DNA of 64,000 nucleotides from Oikopleura dioica (lineage: Eukaryota > Animalia > Chordata). The DNA is taken from contig OU015569.1 in NCBI GenBank assembly GCA_907165135.1, positions 7,192,001-7,256,000 on the forward strand. The letters are read 5' to 3'. The notes under the pieces are model-generated. The model was not told the DNA's origin. It saw only the letters and a list, made by a program, of their open reading frames with translations, and did no database searches. Positions within the stretch are counted from its first letter, which is position 1. Each line of letters opens with the position of its first letter. Below, one piece after another: positions 36,301 through 46,581 of the stretch. A program made the position numbers and the translations under genes.

Positions 36301-38660
36301 ATCAACAAGTAAGCTTTCTATTGAAATCAAGGAAGAGTTCAATCCTTTAACTATATAGATTTTCGAATTCTGGAGACGCAGAAACAGTGGGAGTGTCAGT
36401 CGACAGCGACTTTAAGTGGCTTCTAAAATCGTATGAGGCAGTAGAAAGACCATCAGTCAGCGGAGGGACAATGACGTTATTTGATGGAACTGGAGAGCCC
36501 TTCGCAAATAGTTCATACGGTCGAATACCGAAGTATGTAACCATAACTTGTGCGCGTTGAGAAAGTAAATCTAGGCGTTTGAAAACTTCGAAGTTGTAGT
36601 CCTAAACACAGATGCCTAGCTAGCATTATTTAAAATATTACCTCTGAGTTGACGCCCAATATAAAGAAATTGAACAAAGTTGTTGGATGTTTGTCGATGT
36701 ACTCAACGATACCAGAAAATGCTCTTTCGAAAACTGAAATGCTCAAAACTTCTGGGCTTTGGGTTGGCGATATCTCTTGCATTTTCGTCACGTGCTGATC
36801 ATCTGGGACAATAAACATGCCATGGAAGCATTTGAATCTCTCTAGATCGGTTCCGTAGCATCGATTGAAAGACTCGGCAAATAATTCACAGGTCTTGGCT
36901 ACCATTTCGCCATCGAATGCTTCTCGTGAGGAGGAATCCATTACTTCGAGGATGACTTGTTCCGCTCCTGGTTCAAGTTTAGGTAAAACTGCTTTCGGTG
37001 CATCAGACACTTGAGGAAGTAAGGAATGAATTTCGCTTTTTAGAGCAAGAATCTCTGCAGAAGTTGAAAGCTCGTGAACATCTATCGGAGCTTCATTCTC
37101 CAGACTCGTAATAATTTTCTCCGACGTAGAAAGAACCAAAAATTCTTTTCTTGGACCTTGATAGATGCACAGTATGAATTGTGGTCTGAGAGAATCTTCT
37201 ACAGAAGAAAGTAGTCTGAGAGCGTCTTCGACACAATGAGACATTGATTGTTCAGAGGTCATCACTTTCACAGGTTCCCAACATAAAATAAGACTATTAC
37301 TAGTCTAGACTATGAGATTGAACTTTCTTAATCTTTAAAGAGTATGGAAAGCCATTCCTTTGACCCCAGATGCAGTGGCAGAAACAATATGACTTATACT
37401 CATCAGCATATTCGGAAATAAAATACCGCTTAAATTTATGATAGAAATCCAATCAAAGCCTTATTTTCTACCTGTCGAGTGTACGTTGAACTTCTGGAAC
37501 TGTTTTTGAGAAAGTACGCCGAATTTGCTCCTGTCGAAGAAGAGAGCCTTTCTGCAGTTGACATATTTCATAACAAGTGAGGAAAATCATGCATTCGCGG
37601 GTGAAAATAGTACGGGCTGTTGTGGAGAAATCGAAGCAGCTTTGAAGGTAGTTGGATTCAAGAAGGGTTCCATAGCTATCTTCATAACTTAACTGGCTTC
37701 CCGTACAGTTGAGTAAAGCCACGTGGCCGCGCGGTCGACCAGCTTTTGAAGAGGATTTCAATTTTGTTAGACGCAAATATACTCATTCGTTTTAGAATAA
37801 ATAATCAAATGGATATTCAGCTGTCAAGTAAAATCCTGGCCTAAAATACCTTCGGGAACTTCAATGACACGCTGTATTGGGTTAATTTCCGCCGGTGATT
37901 CCATCGGCGCGATTTGATCAGGCATTTGCTGTTCGACGTCGTTTCCTGCTGGAGGTCTCACTCCCATGCTACCCCGTGACGGAGATTCCGCAATGGTCAA
38001 CTGCGAGCTTCGGCTTTGCGACCAAGGAATCCTCACCAAAAGATCTGCTCTGATCAACATGCTATCAGAGTCCATCTGTCCATAGTACTGGAAAACATGT
38101 TCTTTTGGAAAATTGAGATTGATTCGGAAATGCTCGCAAAATTCGGCGTAGCTAGCCAAATGTCGTCCGCAACCGACACATTTTGCTTGAAAATTGCTCA
38201 TCGAATCTGGAGGGTCGTCTGAAGGAATAACATGGCTCTCCTGTACCAAAACGACGCAAAGAGGCCCGTCCGGATCCGCTTGGGTGAGGATGGCTGTCAG
38301 CATCCACCCATTCGGAATAGTTGATTGAATCGGGTTCCGCTCAAAATGGCTCAGTCGGACATTTGCGTTGCCGGAACACCTGTTTCCGGTTCTCAAATTT
38401 GATAATCAGAATATTCAAATTCGCTTGATCAATTGCACGATGACTAACTTCGTAAATTTAGAACCGTTTTCCTGTGCGAGTCTAGGCCACTTTCCAGAAG
38501 TAAATCTGTGAATATTGTGACGGCAGTAGAGCCAGGTCGCCGAAGCGACTCCTCGATCGAGTTCTTCAATAATTCTTCAAACATTTCTTTCGGATCCAGG
38601 TCAAATGCGGCTATATCCAAAGAACGATGGTCCGGAGGGTGCGCTAGAATTTATTTTTCT
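33311..38660 (-). CDS. GREB1L: GREB1/GREB1-like protein, full length, with C-terminal TAGT-family glycosyltransferase domain
   Basis: Collinear matches to the remembered vertebrate GREB1 sequence: MFEELLKNSIEESLR (GREB1 RFEEVLHNSIEASLR); KCVGCGRHLASYAEFCEHF (NCVGCGKKGFCYFTEFSNH); HPTTLF (NPHTLF); VLLRVRDINFATTAYDTL (VLLRVPCSPLAVVAYERL); HLIVVK...YWPNSCLLVM...GIG; WPFVFF; MLGLKPW; EDIDF; LRQSIRKFGLDKEWEFSLLHEFATAN...YFITG ([26 protein letters not shown]...FFLTG). GREB1 versus GREB1L cannot be resolved, and the start codon is uncertain. Confidence 0.9.
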
Positions 38661-40837
38661 ATCACATGTAACGGTCAACACGCTACTAAAACTAATAATT
38701 AACTTGTTTAACAACTTCAATCGTTGTTTCGGAAATCGAAAATCAGTAGCGTTAAGACGGACGATAAAAACCTTCAATTGGCAAGGGCATTTTAATAATT
38801 TGCTTTCAAAGGCGTTTAATAGGGACATGGGGAGTGTTGTTTATGTGGTCAAAAACAATTAGTTTAAGAGTAGTCGGCGGCGCATACCTATCATTCTTGG
38901 TGCCGGAAGCCACTCTTCATTACATATAAGTTCTTTTCTTCCGAGATCTCTAAGGGGTCGGGATTAAAAAACGAATCTTTATGGTTCTCAACAGTAGACC
39001 AGTTTTGCGCACTAATGGTGGCGGGTTAAAGACGCGCGATGTCCAAAATGAGTCGAAACTCTGTTTTTGACTCGAAAAGGGCAGCAGTTGGCACGGTGCC
39101 AGTGCCAATCGCGCGCGACTACCACATGCTGGCCCAGCGTCAAGGGGCGGACATTCGCCGCTTAGACAGCCTACGCAGCGAAAATACTCACCTACTCCCC
39201 TTGAAACTTTTTAGGGGAGGGCAGGTTACGTCATCTTACAGCTCGAGACAATATCGTTGCGAATTACGTTCGCCCTGATCGCCTTCCTCTCCACAAAAAG
39301 GTCTTGACACAGTTCTTTGAGCGTGGCGTTTAGAATAAAATATGTTCTTGAAGTATAAGATAACTCTACCTACCCTGCTCTGAGAAAATTTAGGGAAGCC
39401 TTTAAAAGATATTCATCACTAACAGCCCTGAATATTTGAAAAGTTTTATATTTGGCAATGAATAAATTTCACTATTAAATCATTTGATTTAATAAGCTTA
39501 TTTTCGACGGTCAAGTATTTTCGCTGGAGATATTTGGTAATTTACATAGAAAAATACTTTTCTATTGAATAAGCGCGATCCTGAAAAGCTGCTAGTCAAA
39601 ACGTGACTTCCAGTTTGGTTTTTTATTGAACTTACCTCATAGCCAGAAAGTCATATGACGATAGAAAATGTTTTCATCGGAAGCATTTGCAAATGTCCAA
39701 AGCTGTTTATTCTCTCTGAAAAAGCTATTAACGTCGAGAATTCATCGGAATTCTTCAGCAACATCTCATTTTATCGCCACTCTTTGAGAGAAAAAGCATT
39801 TTGGGAAGTAGCTCAAAAAGAGTCTAGTCAGTCAAAAGGAATGTCAAATATCAAAATTTTAGAAAAAATCTTTTCCGGCCAGGACGAAATTCATTGTCAA
39901 TAATAAACGAACTTGGCAAAGCCAACAAAATCTAATTAATAAATGGTTAATAATGATGATGGTAAAGTTCAAAGCCAAGGATACTTCACTTCGGAAATCA
40001 GGCTTTCAACTTGATTCTCTTCGTTGATTGCAGCTCTGCCAAAATGTCTTGAGACAATGCGTCAATTCGAAATCGTATGGCAATGAGGCGGAACTGATAA
40101 AGACGAAACGAACAACATGATCAAGAGCGAAATCCATTATGGGAAAGTCGCGTTTATCCAGAATTCCGATAGATCGACCGTGGGCCTCAAAATCATAAAT
40201 TTCCCACGCAGCGCATCATCAACAACGAGTTCATCTTTGTAGTTAACTTATTTCTGAAACCATTTTGTAAATGCAGCAGAACTAAAGTGATACGCTCCGG
40301 ATAATAGAAATTCCTGATAGGTTTTCCATCAGTCACATTTTATGTGAATGTATCGAATCAAACCAATCAGCGCAAGGAGGCCTTCTAGACTTGATCGTCC
40401 GGCGCTCACTGGCCTTTCATTTCTAAAATTTCAACCACAAATTCGCCAAAAATAATTTTTTTGTAAAAACTCATCGAGATCAGAGAGAATGAAGAACTTT
40501 ATCTCAAGAGATTTTCTTCGACAAGAGTTTTCGGACCGCTTTTGCACGGACTGCAATCGGTAATCATTCAAAATTGATCGAATAAACCAATCTTTAAGAT
40601 GCCCGAAAGATCTGATGGAAGTTCCCCAGACTAGCGAACCTGGCCAGGGTCTACAAAAATAGCGTTGTGAACGCTGCCATCGGAATAGCCAATCAGTATG
40701 GGACGGCGAAGAGCCTTTCAAAGCTTTTGAAGGAGAAGAGGACATTTACTTATGTCCCGCGAAAAAATGCGGCGAAAAGGCTTCAATATTTTGCAATGAG
40801 AATTTTGCATGGCTAAATTTTCACATTTCCTACCTGT

Positions 40838-42191
40838 AGTTAGAATTACAGAGAAACTTTTCGAGCAAGTTATTGAAGTCTTTTCTTGTGCTTCATTGAG
40901 CTTTGATCTCTTTTGGACCTTCAGCTGCTGCGATGATGCTCTTAAGGATATAGCCGTTCTCAAGGCACTTTCGTAGCGCCGAAATGGAGCGATAAAATGT
41001 TTTCATTTCAAGACAGGTCCTACCTAAAATTATGTCTAGAATTCGATTCTGATGTTTTTTAAAATTTTTTTCAAAGAAAATTTCTCTCTGGAGCGATTTG
41101 AAATCTTACGATCACTTTTTCTCGAACTTTTTCAATTAAATTGCTAAAACTAAACCGTGTTTTATTATGACTAACTGCTAATCTATCTTCCTAGGGCCTC
41201 AAAATTTCAAAACTTGAGCAAATTTTCATTCTAGCGTCTTCTTCTTTTTGGCTTTTCTTTTTCATAAATGCTGCGTTCAGGGCGCTCGGCCAATCAGCGC
41301 GCTCTTTCACATGCGCGCCTCACCGCGCGATGGAGGAGGGCGCCCAGCGCAGCAAACCAGAGCGCTGTCTGACGCTTCGGCTCACTCAAGTAAGCCTCAT
41401 AAAAATGGCTCTAGATTCGTAAATATTTGGAATCTATTAAAATTTTGGCCCTAGGAATGTAGATAAAGGTCTAAATTTTTTATTTATCAAAAAAACTCGA
41501 CCGATTAAATGGAAAATTCTCGAGAAAAAGTGATCGTAAGATTTAAAATTGCTCTAGAGAGAAATTTTTCCATTAAAAAATTAAAAATAACACTAGAATC
41601 GGGTTTCTTAGGCAATTTTAGGTAGGGTTCCTTTAGAAATGAAAAAAAATTATCGTCCCCTTTTGGCGCTACGAAAGTGCCTTGAGAACGGCTATATCCT
41701 TAAGAAACATGCTCGAGGGACGAAGTTAGATAATATATTTAGATCATTTATTGATTGAAAAGTTCATGAAGCTAGAAAAACTTTTCTAAAAGACGGACTT
41801 GCGAGAGTCAAGCGCGGAGCAAAGAGGGAAATGGAAGAAGCTAATAGTGGAGAAGTTCCATGATGCACAGGATTTCTATGTTAAGAAGAAGGCAAAGTAT
41901 GCAGAAGTGGTCATGGCGGAGATGAAACTCTCGGGAATCGGTCAGGATCGTAAGTAATGATTTATTTGAAATAGAGAGACAAGTCACTTAGTTGATGTAG
42001 AAACGATCGACTCCCGAATGCTTTGCAAAGTATGCACACTGCGATTCAACGATGGCGATCGAGCTATGAGCGTCCTTCCATGCCGACATGCCTTCCGCGC
42101 TTATTGTCTAGAACGACTCGACACTATGAACTGCCCAGTCTGCCGAGGTGTCTTCACGAAGGAGCAGATCCAAAAAATCATCTGGAGCTAA
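40838..42191 (+). pseudogene. RING-finger gene, disrupted
   Basis: Last exon reads MLCKVCTLRFNDGDRAMSVLPCRHAFRAYCLERLDTMNCPVCRGVF...IIWS* (C3HC4 RING with the 5th ligand C replaced by R). There is an in-frame TAA near 41790 and a MITE insertion in the upstream coding frame. Confidence 0.65.
40946..41699. mobile_element. 754-bp MITE with long TIRs and TTAA TSD (Kolobok-type termini)
   Basis: TTAA|GGATATAGCCGTTCTCAAGGCACTTTCGTAGCGCC ... GGCGCTACGAAAGTGCCTTGAGAACGGCTATATCC|TTAA; diverged inverted similarity continues for about 270 bp; GC-rich core. Confidence 0.88.
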
Positions 42192-42349
42192 TATTTTGTC
42201 TCGAGAAAGTTAGGCGAATTACCTGATAATAAAAAATAATAAAACCAAAGTAGTGTTTTCTTTTCGATCTAAGCAGTGAACAAATTGTCATTATTGATTT
42301 ATTTTTATAAATTATCTTTATCTACAAAGGTAAATTGAGACTGAGAAAA

Positions 42350-43050
42350 CTAAACAGAGGCTTCTTTTTCGGCTTTCTTCCGGAGGTAGTTCTTCATTCG
42401 ATTTTTTTGCACGGACATCTCGCGCCACAATTGAATCGCTAAGTATGCCTGATCTAAACAGCTGTCATAAACAAACAACAAAGGAAGATAAATTAATTAG
42501 AAGTTTAATGGAACGCACATCCACTGGCGATAAACAGCAGCATTTGTGATAGATTAACCAGTAATCCAATTATCATCATCACTTTGAACAGGACCTGAAA
42601 GGATGCTTTCTAGCAGCCTATAAAAATGTTATGCAATACCTCGAAGTTGTCCCCTTCTGCAACTGGGCCAGCATTGAAGACTCCCGAAGCGCTGTACGCC
42701 GTTATAAGGATCACGGATGAAGCCGCATTAAAAATGATACAGGCAACAGCTGATAAGTTTGTTTATCACGTGAGGCTGGACCATGTGCTGCGAGTACTTA
42801 CCCGCAAGAATGTGGGCTTTGAGAGGACCACGAAGTCCATGCCGACCCCCACGATAGCCCAAGAACGTTGCTGGAGACTTTGTTTCAGTAATCGCGCAGT
42901 AAATTAAGAGCTTACCAGGCAACAGGAATAATGGGGCGATGCAGAAAGTGATGAACAAGTATCTCTGGATAAAGAGAGCGTAATGATTCCTAGAAAACTC
43001 AATCATCACTCGATCAATGAAGTCCTTCTAACTTGTAAATAAGAAGTTCT
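42350..43050 (-). CDS. Uncharacterised multi-pass membrane protein, spliced
   Basis: Successive hydrophobic exons (RYLFITFCIAPLFLLP; LSAVACIIFNAASSVILITAYS; FQVLFKVMMIIGLLVNLSQMLLFIAS) followed by a basic tail. Confidence 0.5.
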
Positions 43051-43834
43051 GTTAAACCGGCTCCAAATAAAAGGAGAATGGAAGCGATCTCCAAGTATGC
43101 AAGGCCGATGATGTTTCTACATTTGAGGCTTTACGACGGTCTTAAATTGTATTTCCGGACTAATAACTAATTTATCTGATAAAAAATGAAATAACTTTTA
43201 AACCGTATGTTAAACTGACGTGTTAGTCGCTTCTCAGATTTGGATATTACTTTTTTCTCTGTCATTTTTGTTTATTTGGGCGTAGTTAAATCTCTATAAT
43301 TCGCTCATATTTTATTCTTCGTCAACTCCTTGTCTTGACCACCCTGTCTTAGCAACCTGACTAGGCAACAGGTTGGCCAGCTCCAAGTTAAATCGCGCGC
43401 AAGCGATGATAGGAGCACTAATATTAGGAACTATGCAGCAATGTTTCTTGGTACGATGCAGTTGACCAGCATCTACTTGATAGCTGGTCAATTTGAAAAC
43501 TGGACATTCAAAAAATGAATGATGATGTTACAAAAATAGTCTATTATAAATAGATAATGCACGAGAATAGAAAGTCAACATTTTTTATATTGTTTCTTAA
43601 AAAATATCAGGAGATTTCGAACATTAATAATGTGACAAAAAGATTTTTGTCCACTTTTTAAACATGAACAAGAAAGTGAGTGAAGAAATGATAAATTTAA
43701 CTTCGCTTGAAAGGGGTCATGGAAGGTGAGGAGTCCAAATATGCAGGTGGTCTCACCTCGTTGTCTCGGGACCATCCAGATGCGAGCAAGTGCGGCGGAT
43801 CAATAGCGTAAACTGCCCTGCATCGCAGATAAAA

Positions 43835-44500
43835 TCAACATCCGCTACCCCCCTTAGAGAGATAATTTGACGCAAACTGGAATTTTGAATAATATATTTC
43901 GACGATGAAATACAAAATGTACAAGATTTTGAGAAATAAATACAATGAATACATAATGAATATGAGTTTGTACAAATTATAATTCGCAATAAACTGATTT
44001 AAACTGGACGATGAGCTCATCTGGGGAGCCTTATTGGCGGCAAATTTCTCGGATATTTCTAGGAGATCATTAGAATTTTTTAATAAAATAAACCTTCGTT
44101 GCCAATCTTCAGGCTGATTCGAAATCTCTTCAAACCAGCAACGAATGTCAATTTTATGACGAATTTTTACTCTTGGAGTTTTGCCTTCAATTTTTGTTTC
44201 ATAAGATTGAATCAAAGATTTATCCTTGACAGTAAATAAATATGAACCGGAACAAGCTTTGTGAGAACATTGTAAGACAAAAGTGTCTTTGTACGTTTTT
44301 GACAAGTAGAGATTCATTGCAAAATTTCGGGTGTGAGACCCTTTAAATATCCAGAAAATGCTGCTATTTATCCTTTGACCCGCGGTTATAAGATAGACTA
44401 GGGGGAGTGAGAGACCTGGTTTGAATTCTCTGGCCAGTTTTTTGATTTTCGCTTTCACTTCTTCGTAAGTAGGAAAATTAAATTTATGCTTAGCCGCCAT
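43835..44500 (-). CDS. Intronless AT-rich ORF with a C-x4-C motif, possibly a transposase-derived (FLYWCH/WRKY-like) zinc-finger fragment
   Basis: 221-aa ORF with YLSKTYKDTFVLQCSHKACSGSY; no DDE domain follows. Confidence 0.35.
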   Translation of the reverse strand: MAAKHKFNFPTYEEVKAKIKKLAREFKPGLSLPLVYLITAGQRINSSIFWIFKGSHTRNFAMNLYLSKTYKDTFVLQCSHKACSGSYLFTVKDKSLIQSYETKIEGKTPRVKIRHKIDIRCWFEEISNQPEDWQRRFILLKNSNDLLEISEKFAANKAPQMSSSSSLNQFIANYNLYKLIFIMYSLYLFLKILYILYFIVEIYYSKFQFASNYLSKGGSGC

Positions 44501-44743
44501 AATTTTTGCGAATTACGCTTGCACCGAGGAGATCCGTCCCGATTACGACCTTGATTACCATCACTTCTACCCCCAAGCTACTCTTGAACCGCCGCGCTAG
44601 CTCACAGCTGTTATCTCATTTTCAAATCGGTACCTATTTGGACTCCTCACCTTCCATAAACTCGCTTGAAAAGTAATATCGAGTGAAATGTGAGCAATAC
44701 CAGAGCTAAGTTCCCAGGGCAACGAGAAAAAACAGCCGAGAAA

Positions 44744-46581
44744 ATGCGTCAAGCTGCCCAGAGATACAGACAGGTTTATGAAAAGTACTTCGACTCAATA
44801 TCAACCAAGTGTACATCCATTAACGATCTCTATCGGCTACTAGCAGTACTGGGGCTAAGTCCAACAGCTGCGCAAATAAAAGTAAGTGACAAGAGGAAAC
44901 AACAAATCTTTTACGGTAGCGACATTCTGCGGCCAAATAAGCTGTATGCCTTCATCCTCGCAATTAAAGTTTTTAGACAATCTGGACAAGTGCTAAGAGC
45001 AATGAATTTGGTTTTGACGATTTCGTGGAAACCGCCGAAAAGCTGAAAGACACTGCCAGTTCTCAATATAACAATGAGCTCAAAAAGACATTCAGTGAAA
45101 AATTCGGGAAAACACTCTCAAGAAGTGACCTCCGTCGCTTTGTGACATCGTCGGGGAGCAACATGTCAGCCGGAAGACTTGATCAATTCCTTATGGATAC
45201 TTTTGGCGACGAAGAGAGTCTCTCGACTGAATTATTCATGCAGAAGTTTAACGCTCTCCGAAATGATGCGTTTGATGCCTTCGTTAACGACGAATCAAGA
45301 TTATCTCCAGGCAATGAAGATGTTCAGGAACGCTTCATCGTACTTTTTCAATCGCAATTTCGTATTCGAAAAACGTAAAGCGTAAAATAGCCGGAATTCA
45401 AAATTAACTTTTCGGAGTTGAAGAAAAGCGATCTTTCTGATCATGTGATTGAAGAACCGACTTGTTCAGCAAGGGGAGCCTTTTTTGTTGCTGATAGAGC
45501 TGGACACCGTTTCAAAATGACCCTTTCTACTGCTTCTCGATGCTGCATAAATCTATCGATGGACACCAGTGACGTTATCCTTACATTTTTCATCGTCCGA
45601 AATGGTCAGATTGAGGGTGTTGGACAAATACTGCCATCGCACGAGTATATTTCCGCAGTTTGGCAAGGCGATCTTCCTGCCGGAACTTACAACATTCTTC
45701 CCTGCCCTGTGACACTACCAAAAAGGTGAGAGTAGACTTCAAAGCCAGATTTCGAATTCGATAGAGAACGTCCGAGCGGACAGTGGTCGGACCTATCAAC
45801 TAAAGATCAATATGGTGAGACACGATTGACACAGGACTGTAAAAATGCGCTTGCCAAAGTCTTGGCACTCTTTGACACCTCAGGAAACGGGAGACTCGGG
45901 AAAGTTGAGTTTCTCGAATTTGTAAAAAGAACAGAGCCCGAGGGTGTCAAAGAGTTTGATGAATTGTGGGAGACGATCAAAGAAAATTTCAACACGATCA
46001 GGTACCGCTTCCAAAGAACAAACGGAATTACGTTTTCCTAGGGACGAAATTACCCTCAACGGATTGCTTGCTATTCATGAAAGTCAAATCGCGGAATCGA
46101 GCGATCAAGAGCTCTATGAGCTTTTTACAAACCTTGGATTTACATCTGACTTATCGCCACTTGGATGTGCTTCAATAAAGCTTGATGTTGAAACGCCAGA
46201 GTCCCTCTGTAAAGTAGAGGGCCTTCCAATTGACCAGTTTGCAAACGACGGATTGAATCTGGTCATCAAAAACTCAATAAAGCAAAGCGCCAGTAATCTT
46301 CCAGGCTCAATTGAGGCGAAACTGTTCATAATTGATAGGTAATATTTTCATGCCAAAGCAAAAATTCTATTTTATACAGCTTCGCCGTCCTCATCCTCGC
46401 GGCCAACCGAACTCATCGAATATCAGCTTCTGTGCGTGCGAAGAACATCTTGCCAGAACATCCCGAAGCAATGAAAATTATGCTCCGCCCTTCGCGTCCA
46501 GACATAATCGTCTTTGCTAGAAACGACCCGACAAAAATTCCTGAAGCTGCCTTGCGAATAACACAAGTACAAAGTACATAA
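44744..46581 (+). CDS. EFCAB7: EF-hand calcium-binding domain-containing protein 7
   Basis: Spliced: YRQVYEKYF...DLYRLLAVLGLSPTAAQIK|TIWTS...FGFDDF (human YLTVF...QLYLALQHAGRNPSQKTINKYWT...LNFDDF); RLTQDCKNALAKVLALFDTSGNGRLGKVEF...WETIKENFNT...EITLNGL...LGF (human LTKEFKSTLSDIFEVIDLDGNGLLSLEEY...WAVCRENFDT...ELTRQGF...MGY); 39-40 nt GT-AG introns. Confidence 0.85.

Noticed and set aside
33311-38900. Endogenous virus or Polinton suggested by a run of co-oriented unknown ORFs
   Set aside because: The ORFs are collinear exons of a GREB1 homologue; no polymerase, capsid, integrase or TIRs were seen
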